Part shown: positions 24,627-33,768 of the stretch, piece by piece | Numbering within the stretch: the stretch's first letter is position 1 | How the letters are laid out: each line of letters starts with the position of its first letter | IMG/VR virus record: IMGVR_UViG_3300037419_000521 | Location: 1 to 43,952 of that record | DNA from: a virus | Taxonomy: Duplodnaviria > Caudoviricetes | Length of the DNA stretch: 43,952 bases | Strand: one strand, 5' to 3' | Position numbers and translations under genes: made by a program | The notes under the pieces: generated by a model | Database searches by the model: none | Seen by the model: only the letters and a program-made list of their open reading frames with translations | What the model was told of the DNA's origin: nothing

Positions 24627-26578
24627 AGCGCGACGCCTTCACCCTGTCGCTCGACCTGGGCCACGAGCTAATCATCGACAACTTCGCCGGCGGCGGCGGC
24701 ACCAGCACGGGCCTCGAGGCTGCGTTTGGCCGCCCGGTCGATATCGCGATCAACCACGACCCGGAAGCGCTGGCGATGCACGCCATTAACCACCCGCACA
24801 CGAAGCACCTGTGCGAAAGCGTGTGGGAGGTTGACCCAATCGCGGTCACGCGCAACCAGCCAGTCGCGCTGGTCTGGCTGTCGCCCGACTGCAAGCACTT
24901 CAGCAAGGCGAAGGGCGGCGCGCCGGTCGAAAAGCGCATCCGCGGCCTCGCATGGGTTGCGCTGCGCTGGGCCGCGAAGTGCAAGCCGCGCGTGATCATG
25001 CTGGAGAACGTCGAGGAGTTCAAGACGTGGGGCCCGCTGATCATCGATGCGGACGGGAAGGCGCGGCCGGATCCGGCACGGCGCGGCAAGACGTTCGACA
25101 GCTTCGTCCGCCAGCTGCGCGCGCACGGCTATCACGTGGAGTGGCGCGAGCTGCGCGCCTGCGACTTCGGCGCGCCGACGATCCGGAAGCGCTTCTTCTT
25201 GGTCGCGCGCCGCGACGGGCTGCCGATCAGCTGGCCGGCGCCGACGCACGGCGCGCCGACGTCGCCCGCGGTGCTGGCCGGCCTGCAGGCACCACACCGC
25301 ACGGCCGCCGAGTGCATCGACTGGTCGTTGCCGTGCCCGAGCATCTTCGACCGCAAGCGCCCGCTGGCAGAGGCCACCAAGCGCCGCGTCGCAAAGGGCA
25401 TCATGCGCTACGTGGTCAACTCGGCGAATCCGTTCATCGTCGGCGCTGGTGGGCCGGCCTACAGCGGCAAGCCAGTGCCGGCCGACCAGCCGTTCGGCAC
25501 GCTGACGACGGAGAACCACCGTGCAGTCGTCATGCCGACATTGGTCCAGACCGGCTACGGCGAGCGTGATGGCCAAGCGCCGCGCGCGCTCGACATCGAG
25601 AAGCCGCTCGGAACGGTCGTCAGCGGCGGCAAGCACGCGCTCGTCAGCGCGTTCCTGAACGAGCACGCGAACGCCAGCACGCAGCGCGTGTTCGCGGCCG
25701 ACGAGCCGATGCGCACGATCTGCGGCCAGGTGAAGGGTGGCCACTTCGGGCTCGTGTCGGCGACGCTCATCGACGCGGCACACGGCGAGGTGTCGCCGGG
25801 CGGCGTGAAGCGCTGGGGTGCCGGCGCAAAGCCAGTCGACGAGCCGCTCGGTACCGTGACCGCGAGCGGCGGCAAGGCTGTCGGCGTTGCCTTCCTCGCA
25901 AAGCACTACACCGGCGTCGTGGGCTCCGAGTTGGTCGACCCGATCGGCACGATCACGAGCACCGATCACCACAGCGTCGTGCTGGCGCACGTGCAGCGCG
26001 ACATGGGCCGCAGCGTGGGTCACGCCGCCGACGTGCCGCTGGCCACGACGACTGCCGGTGGTGGCGGGAAATCGGCAGTCGTCGCCAGCACGCTGGTGAA
26101 GCTGCGCGGCACAAGTAGCACGGCGCCCGTAGACGAACCGCTGCACACAGTCAGCGCAGGCGGCCAACATCATGCCGAGGTGCGCGCATTCCTCGTCAAG
26201 TACTACGGTGCCGATCAGGACCCGCGCCTTGAGGAACCGCTGCACACGGTGACGACGAAGGACCGCTTTGGCCTGGTCACGATCCAGGGTGTCGACTACG
26301 AGATCGTCGACATCGGCCTGCGCATGCTCGCGCCGCACGAGCTGTACCTCGCGCAGGGCTTCCCGGCCGATTACATCATCGAGGAGATCCCGGACCCGGC
26401 GCTGCTGTTCGCCGACGGTGTGCAGGCCGCGGTCGACCCGCTGCAACTGCCCCGCGTCCCGCTGACGAAGTCGGCCCAGGTGCGCATGTGCGGCAACAGC
26501 GTGTGCCCGCCCGTGTCCGAGGCGCTGATCCGCGCGAACTTCGTGCATGAGCAACAACTTACCCGGGCCGCGGCCTGA
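24623..26578 (+). CDS. C5-cytosine DNA methyltransferase with repeat-expanded variable region
   Basis: FAGGGG (motif I), SPDCKHFS (IV), ENV (VI), RKRFF (VIII), GNSV (X). Confidence 0.92.
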   Translation: MKRDAFTLSLDLGHELIIDNFAGGGGTSTGLEAAFGRPVDIAINHDPEALAMHAINHPHTKHLCESVWEVDPIAVTRNQPVALVWLSPDCKHFSKAKGGAPVEKRIRGLAWVALRWAAKCKPRVIMLENVEEFKTWGPLIIDADGKARPDPARRGKTFDSFVRQLRAHGYHVEWRELRACDFGAPTIRKRFFLVARRDGLPISWPAPTHGAPTSPAVLAGLQAPHRTAAECIDWSLPCPSIFDRKRPLAEATKRRVAKGIMRYVVNSANPFIVGAGGPAYSGKPVPADQPFGTLTTENHRAVVMPTLVQTGYGERDGQAPRALDIEKPLGTVVSGGKHALVSAFLNEHANASTQRVFAADEPMRTICGQVKGGHFGLVSATLIDAAHGEVSPGGVKRWGAGAKPVDEPLGTVTASGGKAVGVAFLAKHYTGVVGSELVDPIGTITSTDHHSVVLAHVQRDMGRSVGHAADVPLATTTAGGGGKSAVVASTLVKLRGTSSTAPVDEPLHTVSAGGQHHAEVRAFLVKYYGADQDPRLEEPLHTVTTKDRFGLVTIQGVDYEIVDIGLRMLAPHELYLAQGFPADYIIEEIPDPALLFADGVQAAVDPLQLPRVPLTKSAQVRMCGNSVCPPVSEALIRANFVHEQQLTRAAA

Positions 26579-26591
26579 TACGAGGAGGAAC

Positions 26592-26948
26592 ATGGACCAG
26601 AACACCGACATCAAGCTGGAAGCGAAGCGCCTGCGCCTGCTGGCGGCCGTGCTCGATCTGCAGCACTACACCAGCACGGAATCGAACATCGTGCCTATCC
26701 CGGGGGGCGACCGCGTGATCGCGATAGGGACGCCGGCGCAGATCGCGCAGTTGCTGCCCGAGGTGCGCGACCAGGTGCTTGTCGAAGCCCGCGACGCGTG
26801 CGAGCGCGTACAGGACGAGTACTGCGAGCGCCAGAGCGGCAAGTGGCCCGAGTTGCGCGATGACGCCGAGACGGGCGCGCGCGATTGTGTCGCGGCCATC
26901 GAAGCGCTGCGCGTCGAAACTTCTGTTGGCGATGGAGTCGAGCAATGA
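26592..26948 (+). CDS. Hypothetical protein
   Basis: 118 aa, RBS GAGGAGG. Confidence 0.7.
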   Translation: MDQNTDIKLEAKRLRLLAAVLDLQHYTSTESNIVPIPGGDRVIAIGTPAQIAQLLPEVRDQVLVEARDACERVQDEYCERQSGKWPELRDDAETGARDCVAAIEALRVETSVGDGVEQ

Positions 26949-27487
26949 ACGTCGAGCGCAGCCAGGTCACGAAGCTGACCATCACCGGGGCACACCGCCT
27001 GGACCCCATCACCGCGTTCCTCGAAGACCTCGGCCCGAACCAGGGCAAGATGACTGTTGAGTGCTGGGGCCGCTCGTGGTCGGCGTACTGGGGCGGCATG
27101 GGCGGAACGCTGACCGATTTCTTGCGTCGCGTCAGCGTCGACTACTTGGCCGGCTGCTTCGCGCGCGGGCCGGCGATCAATTCGAGCGTCTACGACCCCG
27201 AAAAGCTCGAAGCAACCCTCAAGCGCGAGGTGCTCAAGGAGCGCCGGGCGTACCTGAGCAGCATAAGCAAGGCCAAGGCCCGCGCGATGTGGGAGGAAAT
27301 CGAGGGAATGGACTTCGAGCACCCGTACCACATCCGCAGCAGCCTGCTGGCGGAGCTGCTGGGCGACGACTGGCAATGCGCGTTGCCCGAGAAGCCGAAC
27401 CCGGATTGGGTCTACCTGTCGAGCGTTATTCGCGCTGTCAAGGAAGCGATTGCCCTCGGCCCGTCTCATGTCGGGGGTGGGGCATGA
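26945..27487 (+). CDS. Conserved phage hypothetical protein
   Basis: 180 aa; LDPITAFLED...CWGRSWSAYWGGMG. Confidence 0.75.
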   Translation: MNVERSQVTKLTITGAHRLDPITAFLEDLGPNQGKMTVECWGRSWSAYWGGMGGTLTDFLRRVSVDYLAGCFARGPAINSSVYDPEKLEATLKREVLKERRAYLSSISKAKARAMWEEIEGMDFEHPYHIRSSLLAELLGDDWQCALPEKPNPDWVYLSSVIRAVKEAIALGPSHVGGGA

Positions 27488-27663
27488 TCGAACGCAAGGT
27501 GATCCGCCGGAAGGCCGTGTCGTCGTACTTCACCAGCCCGGTGAGCGACCGGCGCCGGCCGCAGTTCGAGCGGCGCGGGACGGTCGCCCAAGTCGCCCCG
27601 CCGACGCGCGAGCAGCGGGTGTACGGGGAACGCCGGCTGCTGCCGGATGCAGGGATGGAATAG
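27484..27663 (+). CDS. Hypothetical protein
   Basis: 59 aa, ATGA coupling. Confidence 0.5.
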   Translation: MIERKVIRRKAVSSYFTSPVSDRRRPQFERRGTVAQVAPPTREQRVYGERRLLPDAGME

Positions 27664-27672
27664 GAGATGAGG

Positions 27673-27861
27673 ATGGCGAATACGAAACCAGCAATCCAGT
27701 CGCGGTACATCACGCTCCAGGAGTGGGCCGCGACGATGTTTTCCAAGGTGCCGCATGACAATACCCTGCGGCGCTGGGTGCATGACGGCCATATTCATCC
27801 GCAGCCGAAGAAGGTCGGCAAGGCATGGCAGGTAAAGCGCGATGCGCAGTACGTGGAGTGA
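27673..27861 (+). CDS. xis: Excisionase
   Basis: ITLQEWA...TLRRWVHDGHIHPQPKKVGKAWQV; directly upstream of int (alternative start 27667). Confidence 0.88.
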   Translation: MANTKPAIQSRYITLQEWAATMFSKVPHDNTLRRWVHDGHIHPQPKKVGKAWQVKRDAQYVE

Positions 27862-27862
27862 T

Positions 27863-28963
27863 ATGGCCCGCAAAAGACTAGCCAAGAACCGGGCCTTGCC
27901 GCCCAACCTGTACGTGAACCCGGCAGGTTACTACTACTATCGGGACCCAGAGAAAAAGACGCAGAAAGGTCTCGGCAAGGACAGGCCCAAGGCCATCCAG
28001 GCGGCCAAGCAGGCCAACGCGGCGCTCGCCACGCGCGAGGGATCGTCGCTCGTTGACTGGGTTCTCGGCCGCAAGGACTACACCCTGGCGGAGTGGCTGC
28101 CGGTGTATCGCGAGCTATGGGACGAGAAGACGCAGCCTGCAGCGAATACGAGGTATGCGGCGAACAGCCTCCTGAAGCGACTGGGAGAGGCCGACATCGG
28201 CAAGATGCGCATGCGGCAGATCGAGACGGTCCACGCGGCAACGTATCTGGAGGAATTCGCGAAGATCAGCGGGGCAGGCATGGCGCGCAATATGAGATCG
28301 AAGATGCGCGACATATTCAGGTGGGCCGAGACGCAGGGCGTGATCGAGGTCGGCAAAAACCCAGTCGCTGCCACATTCAATGCCGACTACAAGGTGAAGC
28401 GCGAGCGGCTGAGCTTGGAACAGTTCTGGGCGATCCATGCGCACGCGACAACCTGGGCGAAGAACGCGATGATGCTCGCGCTCGTCACGGGCCAGCGGCG
28501 GGACGACATCGCCAACATGAGGTTTGCCGACTATAAGGGTGGGTTCCTACATGTTGCGCAAGGTAAATCCGGCGGTGAAACGAGACTGCAGCTCGACGGT
28601 GAGATCAGACTGGCGAAGGTTGGGGTGTCGATCGACGAGGTGATAGCTGGCTGTCGAGACCTGATCGTGAGCCGTTACCTGGTCCACCACACAGAGCGAG
28701 TTTCGAGCATCAAGCCAGGCGATAAAGTGCGATCGAACGGCCTATCTGATGCATTCAAGCAAGCGCGCGAGCGGGCTGGAATCGATGCGTCTGCCGGCCG
28801 CACGCCGCCGTCGTTCCACGAAATCCGGAGCCTCTCGGAGCGGCTCTACCGCGAAGAGTTTGGGGCAGATTTTGCGCAGTCAGTACTCGGCCACAAGAGT
28901 GCGCAGATGACCGCCAAGTACGATGACCTGCGGGGTGGATGGAAGACCGTCAAGGCAAAGTGA
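27863..28963 (+). CDS. int: Lambda-type tyrosine integrase
   Basis: N-terminal arm-binding domain (LPPNLY...YYYYRDP); catalytic TGQRRDD, HEIR, LGH and KY motifs. Confidence 0.95.
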   Translation: MARKRLAKNRALPPNLYVNPAGYYYYRDPEKKTQKGLGKDRPKAIQAAKQANAALATREGSSLVDWVLGRKDYTLAEWLPVYRELWDEKTQPAANTRYAANSLLKRLGEADIGKMRMRQIETVHAATYLEEFAKISGAGMARNMRSKMRDIFRWAETQGVIEVGKNPVAATFNADYKVKRERLSLEQFWAIHAHATTWAKNAMMLALVTGQRRDDIANMRFADYKGGFLHVAQGKSGGETRLQLDGEIRLAKVGVSIDEVIAGCRDLIVSRYLVHHTERVSSIKPGDKVRSNGLSDAFKQARERAGIDASAGRTPPSFHEIRSLSERLYREEFGADFAQSVLGHKSAQMTAKYDDLRGGWKTVKAK

Positions 28964-29196
28964 TTCAGTAATATTTTCTACGTATTTCTGTAAAAACTGC
29001 AGATCGCCTTTATCTACCGGCGCCGTTTAAAGTGCAGATATTTACATCTGAAACGTTTAGTCTTTAGCCTGTTTTCATAGACGAATCAGGTACATAGGTA
29101 TAGAAAATTGGCTCCGGCATACCAACAATTTTCAACATTTGCACCCTAACGTAATCAAACACTTACAGCGGGGTTTTAGTAAAAATTCGGCGGACA
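28964..29196. other. Putative attP
   Basis: AT-rich segment after int. It has an IHF consensus AATCAAACACTTA (29153-65), arm-like repeats TTCAGTAATA, TTCTGTAAAAA and TTTAGTAAAAA, and an inverted repeat CAGAT-N6-ATCTG (29035-50). Confidence 0.7.
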
Positions 29197-29928
29197 TTAC
29201 GACGCCAGTACGGGCAATTCCGTCGACCCGGCAGGTGTGTGCGCCGGCGCCACTTCGCGCCGCGGCTGCGCCGTCCGGACGTGGCCAACCTGCATCGGCA
29301 GGAACAGCGGCTCGTCGCGCACGGGTCCCTGCCGCTTCACGAACCCGACGTTGATCCCGCCCCTGGCCGGCTCCACGCTCAGGCGCAGCGGCGCGGGCGA
29401 CGAGTCCGTCGCGGACGCGAGCGGGCGCATCATGAAGAATAGCGTCTCGCCGGCCTGCGCGGCCAGGTGCAGGCGGCGCAGGTTGTCTGAGCGCACGGGC
29501 CGGTACCGCGCGCTACCCGATCCAACCTGATCCGGCCAAAAAAGCAGGGCCCCGCAGCTTCCACTGCGCAGCACCTGCTCGGCCGCCCACATCATGTCGC
29601 CCGTGCGCTCGGCGCGGAGCCAGACAACGAATTCGGGCGGCAGGCCCAGCGCGGCAAGGGCAAGCGCCTGGGGCGCATGCGGCGGCTGGAGCAGCACGAC
29701 GCGGCGCTCGGCTACCGTGCGCAGGGCCGGTGCAAGCAGCCGCATTTCCCCGATCCCGTTCTGCTTCAGCAGCAGGTCGACCATCGTGCTCATCGGCCAG
29801 CCGCCGCCGGGCAGCTGATTCGACAGGCTGGGGAATCCGGTGTCGATGCAGCGCGTCTGGCTGCGCGCGAGCTGGGAGGCTCGCCACAGCGATGGGTGGA
29901 GCGCTTCGGGGTCGGGGAGGGTGGTCAT
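29197..29928 (-). CDS. imuA: ImuA (SulA/RecA-fold translesion synthesis-associated protein)
   Basis: LHPSLWRASQL, TGFPSL..QLPGGGWP, GIGEMRLLAPAL, WAAEQVLRSGSCGA, LRRLHLAAQ and SSPAPLRL motifs. Confidence 0.9.
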   Translation of the reverse strand: MTTLPDPEALHPSLWRASQLARSQTRCIDTGFPSLSNQLPGGGWPMSTMVDLLLKQNGIGEMRLLAPALRTVAERRVVLLQPPHAPQALALAALGLPPEFVVWLRAERTGDMMWAAEQVLRSGSCGALLFWPDQVGSGSARYRPVRSDNLRRLHLAAQAGETLFFMMRPLASATDSSPAPLRLSVEPARGGINVGFVKRQGPVRDEPLFLPMQVGHVRTAQPRREVAPAHTPAGSTELPVLAS

Positions 29929-29941
29929 TGTCGTCCTGAAA

Positions 29942-29961
29942 TACTGTATGCGTGTACAGTA
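29942..29961. promoter_or_regulatory. LexA (SOS) box
   Basis: TACTGTATGCGTGTACAGTA, 13 nt upstream of the imuA ATG. Confidence 0.9.
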
Positions 29962-30029
29962 TATCAAGGGTCGGCTTGAACGTTGATCAACATCAGGTGC
30001 GTACCGTGCGTCAACGTCATGATGGGCGC

Positions 30030-30239
30030 ATGGACCGCCCGAACACCGAACTTGCCCGCGCCGTCGACGAGGCGCTGACGATGGACGACGTGCACGCCGC
30101 GGCCGCCTATCTGGTCGACCACGGCGCGGGCTTTGCTCTTACGTGCCGGGTGCTGGCGGAGCCGGCGCGGCGGCGGGCGGCAGAGAGTCCGGTGGCGCCG
30201 GCCACACTTCTTTCACACTCCCGCCCCACGTCTCCATGA
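30030..30239 (+). CDS. Hypothetical protein divergent from imuA
   Basis: 69 aa starting MDRPNTELARAVDEAL; no RBS, possibly leaderless after CATGAT. Confidence 0.5.
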   Translation: MDRPNTELARAVDEALTMDDVHAAAAYLVDHGAGFALTCRVLAEPARRRAAESPVAPATLLSHSRPTSP

Positions 30240-30278
30240 CCAGGTAGACGCCGCTGGGCGTGATGACGTGGAAGTCCA

Positions 30279-30797
30279 TCACGGCCTCGCGTTCACGGCC
30301 CGGCAGGCTTCGAACCGCTCGACGACCTGGCCGTATCGTCGCACGAGTCCCGCAACGTCTGCGGCGATGCCGAGAAGGTCTGCAGCAGCTTCCGGCACAA
30401 CGTCCGGTCCTTGTCCGTCAGCTGGAGTGCCGGCGGCAGCGGATCGATCTTCGGCCGCGGCGCCGGGCTGTACGGGACTGGCTGGGCAGCGCAGCCGGTC
30501 AGTGCCAGCACGCACGCGGCGCTGAGCATCAGCGAGATTCGATGCATATTCCTGTTCCTTTCGATGTGCGTCAGCGTCCTTCGCGGCGAGCATGGCGCGC
30601 AGCTCGTCCTCGGTCTGCTGGTTGAGGTAGGCGTCGCGGTCGCGCTGCTTCTTGCCCAGGTCGACGGCGGCCGCGTATCCGGCGTCGTGGCCGGCGTCGT
30701 AGCGCTCGGCGCCGTAGTGGCGCACGCCCAGCCACGCGCCGGTGGCGAACAGCGCGACCACCACGGCGCCGACGAGCAGCCGTTCGAGCGCGGTCAC
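30279..30797 (-). CDS. Rz: Rz / i-spanin
   Basis: GTG start coupled to the endolysin; N-terminal TM, coiled coil and C-terminal Cys. Confidence 0.8.
   Translation of the reverse strand: MTALERLLVGAVVVALFATGAWLGVRHYGAERYDAGHDAGYAAAVDLGKKQRDRDAYLNQQTEDELRAMLAAKDADAHRKEQEYASNLADAQRRVRAGTDRLRCPASPVQPGAAAEDRSAAAGTPADGQGPDVVPEAAADLLGIAADVAGLVRRYGQVVERFEACRAVNARP
30293..30547 (-). CDS. Rz1: Rz1 / o-spanin lipoprotein embedded in Rz
   Basis: Lipobox LALTGC, Pro-rich, RBS AGGA; fully nested in a different frame of Rz. Confidence 0.8.
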   Translation of the reverse strand: MHRISLMLSAACVLALTGCAAQPVPYSPAPRPKIDPLPPALQLTDKDRTLCRKLLQTFSASPQTLRDSCDDTARSSSGSKPAGP

Positions 30798-31261
30798 GGC
30801 TTCACCTCGTCCGGTAGGGTGTCCAGGCGCTGCAGCCTGCAGCCGTCCATGATCGAGACGAGCGTGTCGGCGTAGTTCGGGTCCGTCGCATAGCCGGCGG
30901 CGGCAACTGCACGAGCCCAGCCGGCGCCCGTGTGCTCGTTGAAGCAGCGCGCGTAGCGGGGATTCCGCAGGAAGAACTGTGCGCGGTCCTGAATGCAGGC
31001 GGCCCAGTTCGGGTAGGCGCGGAACGTTCCGATGATGCGGATGCGCTTTCCGTTGACGACTTCGGTCGTCGGAAACCGGACTGTCGGCCCCTTCCACGAG
31101 GAATCCGCCTTGATGCCGAAGATGTTATTCCCGGGCGCATCCTTACCCCAGCCGCTTTCCAGCGCGGCCTGGGCAATCGTGAAGCTCACCGGGATCCCGG
31201 CGGTGCGCTGGCAGGCGCGTGCGCCCGGCAGCATCTGGTCGATGAATTCGGCCGGCGTCAT
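30794..31261 (-). CDS. Endolysin, GH73/FlgJ-type glucosaminidase
   Basis: AQAALESGWG, NNIFGIKA and GYATDPNY motifs. Confidence 0.92.
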   Translation of the reverse strand: MTPAEFIDQMLPGARACQRTAGIPVSFTIAQAALESGWGKDAPGNNIFGIKADSSWKGPTVRFPTTEVVNGKRIRIIGTFRAYPNWAACIQDRAQFFLRNPRYARCFNEHTGAGWARAVAAAGYATDPNYADTLVSIMDGCRLQRLDTLPDEVKP

Positions 31262-31653
31262 GGGATCATCTCCGTCACGTCATGGACGATTTCGGTGATG
31301 TCGGCGTTCCGCTTCTTGTCGATGTACAGGAACAGCGCGCGGATGATCAGCCAGGCCGGCAAGCCGCACGCGAACGCGATGCCGAACATGCCGACCAAGC
31401 CGAACACGTCGTCGGCCCAGCGCTGCAGGCCGAGCCAACTGATCAGCGCAGCACCGCCGCCAATCGAGCCGGCCAGCGTGCACAGCAAGGCGATGCGCCA
31501 CTCCTGGTCCGTCTTGGGCTTCGTCATCGACATGACGATGTAGGCTGCGAGGCCCGCGCCGATGCCGGTGCCGGCCAGGCCGCCGAGGATTTTCCAGCCG
31601 GCGACGCCGGCCGCCCCGGTGGTGATGGGTTCGCTCATGTTTTGGACTTTCAT
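31258..31653 (-). CDS. Holin
   Basis: Three hydrophobic segments, upstream of the endolysin; alternative start at 31638. Confidence 0.75.
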   Translation of the reverse strand: MKVQNMSEPITTGAAGVAGWKILGGLAGTGIGAGLAAYIVMSMTKPKTDQEWRIALLCTLAGSIGGGAALISWLGLQRWADDVFGLVGMFGIAFACGLPAWLIIRALFLYIDKKRNADITEIVHDVTEMIP

Positions 31654-31688
31654 GGTTGTGGTGATGGTGGTTGGGGAATCGAAGTCGG

Positions 31689-33758
31689 TTACTCGATCGG
31701 ATAGGTGAGCGTCGCGGCGAAATAATCTTGATTCGCCCATACAATCGGGCTGGTGGCGTTGGCGAAGTTGCCAGGGTTACCGCCCAGCATGACCTCCATC
31801 ACGCTCGCGCCGGCGAGCACCCTGCAGGTGCCGTCGTAATAGGTGGTGCCCGAGTCCAGGGCCATTGCGCTACCAACCGAGCCATACCCGGCCACCGCGC
31901 GTTGCATAGGTAGGCTGAAGTGCCAGATGCCAGAACCGAAGGTGGTGTCAGCCGCAGCCTTCATATACACGTCGACCGTGCAGGTCTTGCCGTCGGAGGT
32001 GTAATAGCCGACAAGACTGCCTGCGCCAATGTTTGGCGCGGTCGTGTCGGCGGTCCACGTCACTGGGTAGGACTGCAGGATCCGGCTCTTGGCCGAGTAA
32101 TTGCGGAACGAGGATTCCTCAATGCTCAGCTCCTTACTGCCGGTGTTCGTGAGCGCCAAGCCACCCTCGGTGCGCACGCGCTCCACTTTGCTGGCGCCGA
32201 CGATGGGCGCACCGTTCAGCAGCACCGCATCCTGGCTGGACACGTTCCCGAGGAACAGATCATGGATGTGCATGCCGTAGACAAATTCTCCCGTCCAGTT
32301 TTCGCTCGTCCGGCTGAACAGGTTGAGCGAGTTCGCTAGCAGATTTTGCAAACCGTAGCCGGCGCCATGCACACTCAGGCCGACCAGGTTATGGCCGCGC
32401 GCAACCGTGTCCGGATTGCCGCTGGCGTCGTACTTGCGGATGATGAACACGTTGTGGTTTCGGTCAGCCGCGCTCGCTGCGACGTCCAGCTGAATATCGA
32501 TGTTCGAGAACGTGCAGGCTGCCGGGCTGGTAGGGTTTAGCTGAAAGTCCATGGCGACCATCGCCTCATCCGTGCTCTGGTTCCCCGAACCGGCGTAGCG
32601 GCCATCGGTTTTGTATACCAGCCGGATGTTCTCCAACTTCGAGTAGAACGCCGTGGTGCCATACACCTTCAGGAGCACGTCCGAGAACGGACCGCCCTGC
32701 TGGCTGTCGACCATCATGTCGTGGTTCTGTACGTTGAACGCAAAGTAGGAGCGCCCAGCATTGCGGGTGATGATGTTGCCCTTCACGTTGTCACCAGCGC
32801 TCTGGAACAGAGCCGGGTAGTAGGTACCGTTCGACGTCACATTGTTGAGATGAATCCCGCGCACACGGTTTGTGTCGTCACCTTCGTTCATGTACTTGCC
32901 CTGGGCGACAAAGCCGACGCACCCGTAGTCGAAGTCCACATTTTCCAGCACGATGCTGCGCGCTCCCCAGCGTGCACGAATCCAGAAGATGCCAGCCAGG
33001 TCAGTACGAACCTGATGGCCAGATGCTAAGCGCAGATTCTCGATCTTCACGCCCACGGCTCCATTCAGGTCGAACAGGTATTGCGACGCCGTCACCGCGC
33101 CCACGCGGATTTGCGCACCATTGCCCTCGACCGTCACGCCGTAAGTACCAGACAGGTCGAACCAGTTCTTCAGGTAGGTGCCACCGGTCGGCAGCATGTA
33201 ATAAATTTTTCCCGGGCTGAAGCGGATCCGGCCGCCGCCGCGTGTGCGCAGGGCATCGAATGCTTTGACCACTGCGGCCGTGTCGTCGGTGGCGTTGTCG
33301 CCCTTCGCGCCGAAGTCCTCAACGTCGATCGTGACACGCAGCTTGTCCTGAATCGTGCGCAGTACCGCGCCGACGCCGAGCTGCAGGAATCCGATCAGGG
33401 ATGAGCCGAGATCAGCGGCCAGCACGCTCAGCTTCGCGAAAGTAGAGAGCGTCGGTGCGAGCGATACCATGTTCGCAGCACCGCTGATATCGTCCACCGG
33501 CCAGCCCGGTTGCGTGACGCCTTTCGCATCCTTGAGCACGAACTTGTACTGCTTCGCAGGATCGAGCCAGATGGCGCAGGCGCCCGCGGCGTCGAGCCGG
33601 ATCGGATTCTCGTTCTTGGCGGTCAGATCCTGATCCTGGTAGGTAGCCACCGGTGTAGTGGTTCCTGCCAAGTAGGTGTAAAGCTTGCCACCAGCGAGCG
33701 GCTTGCCTTTCGAGTCGAAGAACTGGTATCGGGGGATGGTCGCAATGACGCCGGTCAT
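31689..33758 (-). CDS. Tailspike / depolymerase
   Basis: N-terminal head-binding domain (QFFDSKGKPLAGGKLYTYLAGTTTP), pectate-lyase-3 start VEDFGAKGD..TDDTAA and a beta-helix body. Confidence 0.88.
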   Translation of the reverse strand: MTGVIATIPRYQFFDSKGKPLAGGKLYTYLAGTTTPVATYQDQDLTAKNENPIRLDAAGACAIWLDPAKQYKFVLKDAKGVTQPGWPVDDISGAANMVSLAPTLSTFAKLSVLAADLGSSLIGFLQLGVGAVLRTIQDKLRVTIDVEDFGAKGDNATDDTAAVVKAFDALRTRGGGRIRFSPGKIYYMLPTGGTYLKNWFDLSGTYGVTVEGNGAQIRVGAVTASQYLFDLNGAVGVKIENLRLASGHQVRTDLAGIFWIRARWGARSIVLENVDFDYGCVGFVAQGKYMNEGDDTNRVRGIHLNNVTSNGTYYPALFQSAGDNVKGNIITRNAGRSYFAFNVQNHDMMVDSQQGGPFSDVLLKVYGTTAFYSKLENIRLVYKTDGRYAGSGNQSTDEAMVAMDFQLNPTSPAACTFSNIDIQLDVAASAADRNHNVFIIRKYDASGNPDTVARGHNLVGLSVHGAGYGLQNLLANSLNLFSRTSENWTGEFVYGMHIHDLFLGNVSSQDAVLLNGAPIVGASKVERVRTEGGLALTNTGSKELSIEESSFRNYSAKSRILQSYPVTWTADTTAPNIGAGSLVGYYTSDGKTCTVDVYMKAAADTTFGSGIWHFSLPMQRAVAGYGSVGSAMALDSGTTYYDGTCRVLAGASVMEVMLGGNPGNFANATSPIVWANQDYFAATLTYPIE

Positions 33759-33768
33759 GGTCGAGTCC

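Noticed and set aside
24668-26614. 648-aa minus-strand ORF (also 20639-21973, 35041-36312 and 36854-38926)
   Set aside because: Mirror frames of the MTase, RecT, gp10-like and ejection genes.
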